Shown: positions 1 to 8,309, numbered from the stretch's first letter. The stretch: 20,000 nt of DNA from an uncultured virus (IMG/VR IMGVR_UViG_3300032038_000013) (IMGVR_UViG_3300032038_000013), one strand, 5' to 3'. Notes: generated by a model from the letters alone, not told the origin. A program made the numbers and translations.

Positions 1-177
1 ACTCATAAACTTAATGCAGGTATAATTGGAAGATTCTTCGAAAAGATATTTGGAACGTCAGCATATACAGATATTGAAGAATATTTGCAAAATAAATATA
101 ATTTATCATATTACAAAGCAACGGAAGTACTATATTATACTAATAATGATAAATATATTTACAATCCGTTTAAATGA
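1..177 (+). CDS. 3' end of a hypothetical protein (partial, enters from window edge)
   Basis: Frame 1 is open from base 1 (THKLNAGIIGRFFEKIFG...YIYNPFK) to TGA at 175-177, which overlaps the next ATG (ATGA coupling). Not in the ORF track. Confidence 0.75.
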   Translation, partial: THKLNAGIIGRFFEKIFGTSAYTDIEEYLQNKYNLSYYKATEVLYYTNNDKYIYNPFK

Positions 178-473
178 AAGACGATATATTAGGAGCTATG
201 GGTCCTCAAGGACCACAAATTGACCCAATGACATATCCACAAATCACTTGTGATAAGTGTGGTCATAATACTTTTAGAAGAGAAGTTATAATGTATAATA
301 TTCCAGGTGTTGCACTTGGTGCCGGTACTGGAGATATTCCTTATCCAATTCCTGTTTATGTTTGTGCAAAATGTGGTACAATTATAAAAGCAGTAAGAGA
401 AGAAATTGAAGCAGCAGCAAAGAAAGCAGTTGAAAATAAAGAAGCAGCAAAAGGTACATCATTAATTTTATAA
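174..473 (+). CDS. Small zinc-ribbon protein
   Basis: Two CxxC pairs (CDKCGH, CAKCG); ATGA-coupled to the upstream gene. Confidence 0.75.
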   Translation: MKDDILGAMGPQGPQIDPMTYPQITCDKCGHNTFRREVIMYNIPGVALGAGTGDIPYPIPVYVCAKCGTIIKAVREEIEAAAKKAVENKEAAKGTSLIL

Positions 474-475
474 CT

Positions 476-637
476 ATGAAAATAAAAACTAAAATTTTTG
501 AAGGACTAAATTGTTTAGAAGAATTTCTAAATGAAGAAATTGATTATAAAGGATTTCGTCCAGAAAATGTCATATTAGGTATTACACAAAATAAAGAATT
601 TTATACAGTTATTTATAAAGATTTAAATGATGAATGA
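476..637 (+). CDS. Small hypothetical protein (53 aa)
   Basis: Own translation MKIKTKIFEGLNCLEEFLNEEIDYKGFRPENVILGITQNKEFYTVIYKDLNDE*; fills the gap between two genes exactly. Below the ORF-track cutoff. Confidence 0.7.
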   Translation: MKIKTKIFEGLNCLEEFLNEEIDYKGFRPENVILGITQNKEFYTVIYKDLNDE

Positions 638-980
638 ATTTTTAAAAAACAATCATCCATCTGAATTAGATAATAAAGAGTTGAATAATTTTAATACAAA
701 GAACGAAATTTCAGAAATTAAATTATTCAATAGAGATGGTGCTAATTTAAGATTAGTGTCTGAAGATGGTTTATTATGGAGATTTAAAGTAGATCTTGAA
801 CATAAGTATGTACTTGAATATATGCGTTATGGACTTGAAAAGGATAACAGAACAATTTGTATGATAGATCCTTCGGGTGGTCCATATATGACTATTGGAA
901 CAAAAATTGGACAAGATTTTGTCATTGATGCATTTGTTGAATTAGATGGTGAATGTTTGATTCATACAAATCGTCTATAA
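627..980 (+). CDS. Hypothetical protein (DPSGGP motif)
   Basis: 117-aa ORF in operon context; start may be 630. Confidence 0.7.
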   Translation: MMNEFLKNNHPSELDNKELNNFNTKNEISEIKLFNRDGANLRLVSEDGLLWRFKVDLEHKYVLEYMRYGLEKDNRTICMIDPSGGPYMTIGTKIGQDFVIDAFVELDGECLIHTNRL

Positions 981-1011
981 TTTGTATTATTAATAAAATA
1001 TTAAATTGGAA

Positions 1012-1938
1012 ATGAAGTTTACGAAAAAGACTATTTACATTGGGCTTTTTTCGATTCTTTATTTAATTGTAGCATTCAGTTCATTTTTTCATGCTTGTGC
1101 ATTCTTTGGTTTAGCAAACAATTCATGGATGTCAGTTATATTGGCATTTGCATTTGAGGTTGGACAAGCTGCTGTATTGTTTAGCTTATTAACATCAGAA
1201 AAGGATAGAAAGAGATTTATGCCATGGACTCTGATGTTTATGTTTACTTTAGTACAGGTTATTGGTAACGTATATAGTTCTTATAAATATATTGTACTTA
1301 ATTCAGTTGATAATCTGAAATATTTTAAAGAACCAATATTTATATGGACAAAGAATTTACCTGATGACCAAGCAACAGTAATAATTGTATATCTTGTAGG
1401 TGCATTGCTTCCTATTGCTGCATTATTACTTACATCTATGGTAACAAATTATTTATCTGACCAAGAAGCATTACAAAAAGAACAAGAAGAATTAGAACTT
1501 GGAGAAGAAGTTGGGGAAATCGAAGATGAGGAAGAACTTGAAGATAATGATTTGAATGTTGAATTAGAAAAGAAAGATGAAGAAATAGCTAGAATTAGAC
1601 AAGAACTTGAAGAATTAAAACAATCAAAAGAAAATACTGATGAGACTGAAAAAGACGAGGAAACACTTCGCGACGACGGAAGCAATGATTCGTTACAACA
1701 AGAGGATGAAGATGTTGAACAGTCCGCAAGTACAAAAAGTGAGAATGGTGATGAGGATTCAATCGAACATATCGAAGAGCCTAATGGACAAGAATCAGAC
1801 ACAGGAGAATCTGAACCCGGAGTGGATGATACAATATCAGAAGGAACGGGAGTTGAAGAAACAACAGAGGAAGAATTGGCTGAAGAACCTGTTGAAGAGA
1901 ATATTCAAAAACGAGAATCACATTTTATAAATTTATAA
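1012..1938 (+). CDS. Membrane protein: ~4 N-terminal TM helices, coiled coil and long acidic tail
   Basis: Hydrophobic segments in the first ~145 aa, then an E/D-rich coiled-coil/low-complexity region. ATG at 1012 preferred over TTG at 1006. Confidence 0.75.
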   Translation: MKFTKKTIYIGLFSILYLIVAFSSFFHACAFFGLANNSWMSVILAFAFEVGQAAVLFSLLTSEKDRKRFMPWTLMFMFTLVQVIGNVYSSYKYIVLNSVDNLKYFKEPIFIWTKNLPDDQATVIIVYLVGALLPIAALLLTSMVTNYLSDQEALQKEQEELELGEEVGEIEDEEELEDNDLNVELEKKDEEIARIRQELEELKQSKENTDETEKDEETLRDDGSNDSLQQEDEDVEQSASTKSENGDEDSIEHIEEPNGQESDTGESEPGVDDTISEGTGVEETTEEELAEEPVEENIQKRESHFINL

Positions 1939-1939
1939 A

Positions 1940-1969
1940 GAAATGAGGAATCTTAAGATTCCTCATTTC
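1940..1969. terminator. Bidirectional terminator-like hairpin (30-bp perfect palindrome)
   Basis: GAAATGAGGAATC-TTAA-GATTCCTCATTTC between convergent genes; the - strand stop codon lies in the loop. Confidence 0.75.
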
Positions 1970-2615
1970 GTATTATATTTATATCTTCATATTTACAATT
2001 ATTCAATTCTTCATAAAAATATTTATTTTTTTCCCAAAATTCAGAAAACATAGTTATAACAATTTGTTTATTTTCGTGGTTTCTCAAAAGTTCAGTATCA
2101 TAAGTAAATACAGGATAATTTATATTAAATATTTCTTTAAAATCTTTTTCTGGCATTCTCCCATTAATAAATAATAAACGTTTTTTAACATAATCAGGTA
2201 ACATAATAAATGTATTTATTATATCTGATTTTATAAGATTATAATCAGTGTACGTTGTACTATATACAAAAAAATAATTATTATTTTTACTTGCTTCTTT
2301 ACAATATTCATAAAAAAATTGTAATCTTTTAAGTAATTCAATTTTTGTCTTTTTTAATCTAAAATTATTATGTATCATTTGATAACCATCAAATTGGCAT
2401 AATTCATAATCATCATATATATTTGTATTTGAAAAACTATAATTATTATTTATAATTGATTTTAAAAAATCATAATTAAATAATTTATAAACATATTTAA
2501 AATATCCAAGCATATTATCGACTGGACCTTTTGTTCTTAAGTTTAATTGATTGCAAAAAAACATAGAATCACAACTTGCTCCAATACTTATTATTTTTTC
2601 AATTTTGTTCTTCAT
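1953..2615 (-). CDS. DUF1796-like putative papain-like cysteine peptidase
   Basis: N-terminal IISIGASC...LNLRTKGPVDNM resembles the DUF1796 pattern SLG.C...LR...PFDW; later H and KRLQFF resemble RR..RF. Confidence 0.55.
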   Translation of the reverse strand: MKNKIEKIISIGASCDSMFFCNQLNLRTKGPVDNMLGYFKYVYKLFNYDFLKSIINNNYSFSNTNIYDDYELCQFDGYQMIHNNFRLKKTKIELLKRLQFFYEYCKEASKNNNYFFVYSTTYTDYNLIKSDIINTFIMLPDYVKKRLLFINGRMPEKDFKEIFNINYPVFTYDTELLRNHENKQIVITMFSEFWEKNKYFYEELNNCKYEDINIIRNEES

Positions 2616-2968
2616 TTGTTTTTTTTATACTTATTTAATTTACCAATAATATCATATAAATCATTAATATCTTTGCCAATATATAATCCACCTTTATATG
2701 CTCTAACTAATTCCTCGTTTTTAATTATTAAGAAATTATAAGGAGATACTTCTTCCCTTATTATTTTTGCAACTATTCGTTTACAAATAAAATGATTGTT
2801 ATTATTGAAGTAATGTCCATAAACAGGAACATACTTATAATAATCTGATAAAACTTCTGATTCATTATTATCATTTCGTTTATGTGTTACAATATGTTTT
2901 TTATATATTGTATAAATATTTGGAAATGAATCGAAATTATTCATATGATATAATCTATCTGTATTCAT
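2612..2968 (-). CDS. Hypothetical protein
   Basis: 118-aa ORF with a 4-nt overlap to the downstream gene; preceded by ATTATTTTTA. Confidence 0.65.
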   Translation of the reverse strand: MNTDRLYHMNNFDSFPNIYTIYKKHIVTHKRNDNNESEVLSDYYKYVPVYGHYFNNNNHFICKRIVAKIIREEVSPYNFLIIKNEELVRAYKGGLYIGKDINDLYDIIGKLNKYKKNK

Positions 2969-2989
2969 AAGAAAAAATCATTTATATAT

Positions 2990-2999
2990 TAAAAATAAT
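2990..2999 (-). promoter_or_regulatory. Putative - strand (late-type) promoter motif ATTATTTTTA
   Basis: Identical 10-mer about 20 nt upstream of all three - strand units (also 14695-14704 and 17233-17242). Confidence 0.6.
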
Positions 3000-3011
3000 T
3001 ATTGATAAATT

Positions 3012-3019
3012 TCTATATT
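3012..3019 (+). promoter_or_regulatory. Putative + strand promoter motif WCTATATT
   Basis: Recurs upstream of + strand starts at 129, 3012, 5776, 6969, 8304, 10737, 14713 and 17471. Confidence 0.6.
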
Positions 3020-3067
3020 ATTAATACATTATTGTTATTTTAAATTAACAAAAACAAATTAGGAAAT

Positions 3068-3601
3068 ATGAATTTAGAAAAATTAATGAAAATGTTAGCA
3101 CCTTATGTTGATGCTGATGAGAAAGATGTACAGGTATATGACTTAAGTACTGAGGAAGGATTAAAAGGTTATAATGAACAATTAGACCAATTAGAAAATA
3201 CAAGTTTAGATGTACTTAATTCATTTGGTATTAATGGAAAAGAATGGATAAAAGGAATGCGTGATCTTGGTCAAAAGATTTATGTGCAAAATAAATATAA
3301 GGAAGAAAAGAAACAAGAAAATAAGATTAAGAAATCTCGTTCTCTTATACATGAAGCCCTTAAGCAAATGGAACGTAAAGAGGAAGATCATACCGAGGAA
3401 CCTGAAGAAGATGAAAATCCAAAGTTTGTTCGTCCATCACAAAGATTATCAATACAACAGAAGTTACAATTACATAAGATTGTTCAAGAATATGTTGATA
3501 CAATGATTAAGCCATTTAATGATGGTCATTTGACAAACGGTCAAATCAATGATGCATATGCAGGCTTATATGAGTTTGCTGCATGGATTATGAATAGATA
3601 A
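3068..3601 (+). CDS. Hypothetical protein
   Basis: 177-aa ORF, charged and helical, with a conserved-looking C-terminus (AYAGLYEFAAWIM). Confidence 0.75.
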   Translation: MNLEKLMKMLAPYVDADEKDVQVYDLSTEEGLKGYNEQLDQLENTSLDVLNSFGINGKEWIKGMRDLGQKIYVQNKYKEEKKQENKIKKSRSLIHEALKQMERKEEDHTEEPEEDENPKFVRPSQRLSIQQKLQLHKIVQEYVDTMIKPFNDGHLTNGQINDAYAGLYEFAAWIMNR

Positions 3602-3620
3602 AATTACGTTATGGGAACAG

Positions 3621-3953
3621 ATGCTTAATGTAGATGGTTTGAAAGAGCAGATAATGCAAACTATCAAAGATGTTATTATACCTGCTATAAAAGAAATTGA
3701 ATTAGCAAGACAACCTAATAAAAGTGATGTTGGAGAAAAACAAGCAGAACAAATTGCACAAACTTTTGATGAATTAGTAACTGAACCATTAGCAGATAAT
3801 CTTGCTAATGCAATTGATTATTATGTTAAAAACATAGCAATAACAGGAACTATAATAACGACAGGTTCTCCAGTAACACAAACGGCAATTATAACATCTC
3901 AAAAGACTCCGGTTGCAAATGGTAAAGTACCGAATACATTAGGAATATCATAA
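3621..3953 (+). CDS. Hypothetical protein, possibly a small virion/baseplate-associated protein
   Basis: Helical N-half ending LADNLANAIDYYVK, then a Thr/Gly-rich beta region (ITGTIITTGSPVTQT). The pattern recalls small proteins in Bacteroidota phage tail loci; function unverified. Confidence 0.6.
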   Translation: MLNVDGLKEQIMQTIKDVIIPAIKEIELARQPNKSDVGEKQAEQIAQTFDELVTEPLADNLANAIDYYVKNIAITGTIITTGSPVTQTAIITSQKTPVANGKVPNTLGIS

Positions 3954-3957
3954 ATAA

Positions 3958-3989
3958 AGGCAGTACATCAGTACTGCCTATTTTATTTT
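3958..3989 (+). terminator. Rho-independent terminator
   Basis: AGGCAGTAC-ATCA-GTACTGCCT followed by ATTTTATTTT, directly after a stop codon. Confidence 0.8.
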
Positions 3990-4042
3990 AAATCTTATTA
4001 ACAATTTACTATTTATTTATAAATAAATGTTAATTTGATTAA

Positions 4043-4384
4043 ATGGAACTTCCATCACTTCAATTATTAGAAAGTTTAAATAAAATTGATAAACCAATAT
4101 CTTTGATTAAAGATAAAGATAAATTAATTATTGTTGGCTATGTTTATATAAAAGATTTACCAAGAGAAAGAGGTATTAGAATAATTAATAGTATCAAAGA
4201 TTACTTAGAGAATAGTTTTGATGATACAGTTAAAGTAATTGTTATGCCTGTTTTATCGGAAGAAAAACAAGGAATAGAAGTATTAAATCCTATATTTGCT
4301 GACAATAATTTATTAAGTAAGTTTAATGAATGTTATGAAAAAATGTTGAAATTATTGGAAGAAAAATCACTTAAAAATGATTGA
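4043..4384 (+). CDS. Hypothetical protein
   Basis: 113-aa ORF, ACTATTT variant motif at 4008. Confidence 0.7.
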   Translation: MELPSLQLLESLNKIDKPISLIKDKDKLIIVGYVYIKDLPRERGIRIINSIKDYLENSFDDTVKVIVMPVLSEEKQGIEVLNPIFADNNLLSKFNECYEKMLKLLEEKSLKND

Positions 4385-4399
4385 AAGTATTATTATTAA

Positions 4400-4427
4400 A
4401 TATAAGGATTTGAAAAAATTCTTATAT
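4400..4427 (+). terminator. 12-bp AU-rich hairpin with GAAA tetraloop (terminator or stability element)
   Basis: ATATAAGGATTT-GAAA-AAATTCTTATAT, one G-U pair on the + strand; no clear U tract. Confidence 0.4.
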
Positions 4428-4478
4428 AAATTTGAACATTTTTATTTGATTAAACTATTTTAAAATTAATTAACAGAA

Positions 4479-4495
4479 GGCAAGTAATACTTGCC
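4479..4495 (+). promoter_or_regulatory. Leader hairpin of the SSB gene
   Basis: GGCAAGT-AAT-ACTTGCC about 28 nt upstream of ATG 4524, followed by an unstructured AU-rich stretch. Confidence 0.45.
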
Positions 4496-4523
4496 ACATT
4501 TGAAAATATATTTGAGATTTTTT

Positions 4524-5678
4524 ATGAGTACATTTGAAAACGATTTTTTAGGTTTCGATCCTTCACAAATTGACGCATTAGGTCAAAATGGTGAAACACC
4601 AAAGGCAAGTAATCCTTTGATTTACAAAACACGTCCAGCTGATTCTAAGTCAGAAGATGGCAAGTATCACTGCGTAATTAAGATTATTTATAATCCATTT
4701 AACCCACACCAATCATTAATTGAACAACAATCTTATTCATTAGAAGACAAGAACGGATGGTTCGGAGTAGTTAGTAAGTTGACTAACGGTGATAAGTCAT
4801 GTCCTATCTTCAAAGCATGGAAGCGTTGTCACTTTGCAGATCCTAAGAAGTATGCTGAAGATCCAGAAAAGGCAAAGTTTGAAAAGATTCTTTACAATCA
4901 AGCTGCATTGAAGAAGGATGGTGGTAATGAATTATTTGACAAGCGTTATGCTCGTTATGTATTAATTCAAGTTCTTGAAGATGACAATCAACCTGAACAA
5001 GTTGGTAAGTTCTTATTCTGGAAGTGTCCACAATCAATTTGGGATCTTGTAGAACAAAAGACAAAACCAACAGATCCAAAGAAAGCAAAGATTCCAGTAA
5101 TGGACTATTTGTTTGGTCGTTCAATTGATATTACTGTAACTCCAGGTGAAGGTAATCCAGGTGACGAATCTTACAATCGTCAAACAAAGTATACTGGAGA
5201 GATTTCTTACAAGTCAGTATGTTGTCTTGCACCTGATGGTTCTCCATTACTTAATGACGATGAAAAGACAGTTCTTAAGAATTATGTTTCTGCAATGGAA
5301 GAAGTATGGGACAGTAAGGATCCTGAGTTCCGTAAGACAAAGGAAGCTGAAATTCGTGCTGATGTAAATACTGTTGAATTAGGTAAGATTTACAATAAGG
5401 TTCTTGCACAAATGAAGGAATGGTGTCCAAATCTTCTTGACGAATTTGGTTATAAGGATTGGACTCCAGAAGTAACTGCTCGTGTTGAAAATTGGATTAA
5501 GATTGTTCTTTCAGGTAATGATCCTAAGACATATGATCCTGAGCTTGGTGCAGGTACAGCAACAACTTCAACTGGTTCTGAGGATAAGGGAGAAGGTGCT
5601 GCAAAGACAGAAGCTCCAAAGGAAGATCCATTCCCAGCAGCTACTGAAGATTCAGCAACAGATGACCTTCCATTCTAA
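4524..5678 (+). CDS. ssb: T4 gp32-like single-stranded DNA-binding protein with a bacterial-type acidic tail
   Basis: Blocks similar to gp32: TNGDKSCP (T4 THGDYDSCP), YVLIQVLEDDNQPEQVGKFLFWK..QSIWD (T4 [31 protein letters not shown]), FGRSIDITV, SYNRQTKY; flexible tail ending DDLPF. ATG at 4524 preferred over TTG at 4491. Confidence 0.85.
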   Translation: MSTFENDFLGFDPSQIDALGQNGETPKASNPLIYKTRPADSKSEDGKYHCVIKIIYNPFNPHQSLIEQQSYSLEDKNGWFGVVSKLTNGDKSCPIFKAWKRCHFADPKKYAEDPEKAKFEKILYNQAALKKDGGNELFDKRYARYVLIQVLEDDNQPEQVGKFLFWKCPQSIWDLVEQKTKPTDPKKAKIPVMDYLFGRSIDITVTPGEGNPGDESYNRQTKYTGEISYKSVCCLAPDGSPLLNDDEKTVLKNYVSAMEEVWDSKDPEFRKTKEAEIRADVNTVELGKIYNKVLAQMKEWCPNLLDEFGYKDWTPEVTARVENWIKIVLSGNDPKTYDPELGAGTATTSTGSEDKGEGAAKTEAPKEDPFPAATEDSATDDLPF

Positions 5679-5703
5679 TTGTTGGAATAATATATGTTTT
5701 GTT

Positions 5704-5730
5704 ATGCAGAGCTTTGGCTCTGCATTTTTT
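5704..5730 (+). terminator. Rho-independent terminator
   Basis: ATGCAGAGC-TTTG-GCTCTGCAT followed by a T tract. Confidence 0.85.
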
Positions 5731-5810
5731 ATTTTAATACTTTATTAATTTTATTAAACTATTTTAACAAATAATTCTATATTTTATTAATAAATACATA
5801 AAAGTGATTT

Positions 5811-6152
5811 ATGGAAGAAGTAAAAGAATATGTAAGTAAAGATGTTGAACAAGAAGCACTTGAAGTTCCAACAGTACAAGTAATGCCTGAGACAGGTACA
5901 ATTATGGATGCAGTACAAATGTCTGAAGAGAATAATAAACAAAGAGAAGCAATGGAAGCTGCAATATCAAATGACCAAATGAAGAGATTTAAAGCAATGG
6001 CAAAAGCATGGCAAGAAGCTCATACACAAAAGGTTAGAAAATTTGATAAGGTAGGTCGTAATGATCCATGTCCATGTGGATCTGGTAAAAAGTTCAAGAA
6101 TTGTTGTATGAACAAAAAGAATTGGAATGAATTAGTTCCTGTAAAAAAATAA
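5811..6152 (+). CDS. SEC-C motif (zinc-binding) protein
   Basis: C-terminal [20 protein letters not shown], the canonical SecA C-terminal metal-binding motif. Confidence 0.9.
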   Translation: MEEVKEYVSKDVEQEALEVPTVQVMPETGTIMDAVQMSEENNKQREAMEAAISNDQMKRFKAMAKAWQEAHTQKVRKFDKVGRNDPCPCGSGKKFKNCCMNKKNWNELVPVKK

Positions 6153-6161
6153 GTATAAAGT

Positions 6162-6488
6162 ATGAAGTATATATTTGATGTTGATGAAAGAAACAACAAA
6201 TTTTCAATAAGAGTAGAAATACAAAAGGGAAATGCATTTAATGCTAATGCTTCATCAATTGTTGAATGTTCAGAAGAACAACCAAATTGGGGTAAAGATT
6301 TAGAATTAATGCTTCAAGAATTAATTGATAATATGAGATTAACAGTTCAAGAAAGAACTGAAGCACGTCGTAATGCAAATATATTAATTGAATATCTTAA
6401 GTATAGTAATCCTGTTGCTCCTGAACAAAGACATCAAATGATTGTTGAAGAAAATCCTGAAATTCTAATACAAGAGAAAGAAATATAA
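6162..6488 (+). CDS. Hypothetical protein
   Basis: 108-aa ORF in a tight operon. Confidence 0.7.
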   Translation: MKYIFDVDERNNKFSIRVEIQKGNAFNANASSIVECSEEQPNWGKDLELMLQELIDNMRLTVQERTEARRNANILIEYLKYSNPVAPEQRHQMIVEENPEILIQEKEI

Positions 6489-6499
6489 TTAAACTATGC

Positions 6500-6703
6500 A
6501 TGAAGGATTTATTAGATAATGATATATGCATTGGTGATAAAGTAGTATTTCCTATTGCATATTTTGAACGTAAAGAATTGGATTATGGAATAGTTGAAAG
6601 AATGACAAAAGACGGGAAAGCTTGTTGGTGCAAATCGTTTAGATATACATTTCCAGCAGTATTGAGAAGAACATATCAAGTTGTAAAATATGAAAAATCT
6701 TAA
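6500..6703 (+). CDS. Small hypothetical protein, SH3/KOW-like beta barrel
   Basis: D..I.IGDKVVF...GIVERMT pattern typical of small phage SH3-like proteins. Confidence 0.6.
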   Translation: MKDLLDNDICIGDKVVFPIAYFERKELDYGIVERMTKDGKACWCKSFRYTFPAVLRRTYQVVKYEKS

Positions 6704-6947
6704 TGAACAATTAAAAGAACTTCCTGAAGAATTTGTTATTGAAATGGAACAACAGAAAAAAGATAGATGGGTAGATGTCTTCAATTTTCTTGTAAACTAT
6801 TTTGATATACAAAATGAAATTGATGAAGTTGAAGCAGAAGGTTTTCCATTAACAGATTTTTTCAAAAAGATACATGATATGGGATTTTATGGAGGAGTCA
6901 ATTTTGCATTAGATCCACAAATTCCTTATGAAATAAAAAGTGAATAA
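6690..6947 (+). CDS. Small acidic hypothetical protein
   Basis: 85-aa ORF overlapping the upstream stop by 14 nt. Confidence 0.7.
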   Translation: MKNLNEQLKELPEEFVIEMEQQKKDRWVDVFNFLVNYFDIQNEIDEVEAEGFPLTDFFKKIHDMGFYGGVNFALDPQIPYEIKSE

Positions 6948-7006
6948 TTGTAATAGTTACAAATATGTACTATATTATAATTGTGAAATTAATATAATAT
7001 ATATAA

Positions 7007-8071
7007 ATGATTGAACAAAAGAAATATTTGATAATTTACCATAAGGAAGATAATGATGGTGTTTTTTCAGGTGCATTGTTTTATGATTATTTAATTAATC
7101 GTATGGGATGCAAACTTGAAGATCTTTGTTTCATTGGTGCTGATTATAATATGCTTGCTGAATTTTCAAAAGACAATAAAGTTGAAGATCTTCATAAGGA
7201 TTTTGAAAATTTGATAATGACTGATATTTCTTTCAATGATGTTTCTTATATGAAGAAACTTTGGAAAGAGTTCGGTACTAATTTTGTTTGGTGTGATCAT
7301 CATGCTCCTATTATTAAAGCTTCATTTGAAAATAAGTTTAGTGATGTTCCTGGCATTCGAGATACAAAACGTTCTGCAATATTGAATGTTTGGAAATTCT
7401 TGTATGACCAATTTGATGAAGCTTACAATGAAAAGAAAGTTCCTGAGTTGCTTCGAATTTTATCAGGCTGGGATTCTTGGTCATATGAACGTGAAGGTTA
7501 TGAATTTGAATATGTTCGTAATATCAATAAGGCTGTAACAGTCAATTATGAACTTAAGCTTGGTGAAGCTCGTAAACTTGTTCATGATTTATACATGGTT
7601 TATATTGAACATAAGCCTTCAGGAAAGATGTCAGAGGTATTCAAAGATGGTTCATTGATTGAACAACTTCATGAAACTGGTAAGAAGTTGAATGAATATG
7701 ATGACCAAGTAATGCGAGATATCATTGAAAAATCAGGAGATCGTACATGGAAGCTTGCAATTTGGAATGAAGACAAACAAGAATTTTCATATCGAAATGC
7801 TTGTGCAATATTCCATCAAGGTCAGTCAAATTCAACATTCTTTAAGTCATTGATTGATACAAATTGTCAGAATGGAATTGTTTTCAAGCATCAACCAAAT
7901 GGAAACTGGGTAGTTTCATTGTATAATGTTAAAGATGGTGATTCATTCCACTGTGGAGAATTTATGAAGCGTTCTTACAAAGGTGGTGGTCATGCTGGAG
8001 CTGCAGGTTGTACATTGACAGAAACACAATTCATTAAAGTTTTGAAGTCGAAAATTCTTACCGATAAATAA
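7007..8071 (+). CDS. DHH/DHHA1-family phosphoesterase
   Basis: Motifs YH.EDNDG..S, TD, CDHH and C-terminal GGGHAGAAG. Confidence 0.9.
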   Translation: MIEQKKYLIIYHKEDNDGVFSGALFYDYLINRMGCKLEDLCFIGADYNMLAEFSKDNKVEDLHKDFENLIMTDISFNDVSYMKKLWKEFGTNFVWCDHHAPIIKASFENKFSDVPGIRDTKRSAILNVWKFLYDQFDEAYNEKKVPELLRILSGWDSWSYEREGYEFEYVRNINKAVTVNYELKLGEARKLVHDLYMVYIEHKPSGKMSEVFKDGSLIEQLHETGKKLNEYDDQVMRDIIEKSGDRTWKLAIWNEDKQEFSYRNACAIFHQGQSNSTFFKSLIDTNCQNGIVFKHQPNGNWVVSLYNVKDGDSFHCGEFMKRSYKGGGHAGAAGCTLTETQFIKVLKSKILTDK

Positions 8072-8125
8072 AATATTATTAAATTTTTGAGAGGAAATTT
8101 CATAAATTTTACATATAATATTTGC

Positions 8126-8255
8126 GTATCGTAGTACTTGAATAGGTAGTCCGGATTATTTTTACATATAGATAATTTGATATTACCTAAGATGATATTG
8201 GAGGCGAAAATATTAGTTACTTGGGTATGATTTTGTATTCATATCCAAGTTTTTT
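8126..8255 (+). ncRNA. Candidate structured small RNA or nrdD leader (three hairpins)
   Basis: Stem 8143-8189 (~18 bp, 4 G-U), stem 8193-8215 (loop GGAGGCGAA) and terminator stem 8219-8250. All wobbles are G-U on the + strand; no convincing ORF. The 5' boundary is a guess. Confidence 0.5.
8219..8255 (+). terminator. Rho-independent terminator
   Basis: ACTTGGGTATGA-TTTTGTAT-TCATATCCAAGT followed by TTTTT. Confidence 0.8.
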
Positions 8256-8309
8256 AGTCTTTATTTAAAAGGTGAAAATTATGTAAATAAATGTTAAAAC
8301 AATTCTATA

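Noticed and set aside
26..223. Track ORF of 65 aa
   Set aside because: Out-of-frame shadow of the partial gene at 1-177, which couples to 174 by ATGA.
1449..1930. Ser-rich antisense ORF 1449-1802 and alternate-frame ORF 1640-1930
   Set aside because: By-products of the GAA/GAT-rich acidic tail of gene 1012-1938.
4018..4025. T4 late promoter TATAAATA (also 14724-14731)
   Set aside because: All-A/T 8-mer expected by chance at this composition, and it is absent before the structural-looking genes.
4843..5748. Overlapping ORFs 4843-5124, 5146-5367 and 5482-5748
   Set aside because: Shadows of ssb with no motifs or start context.
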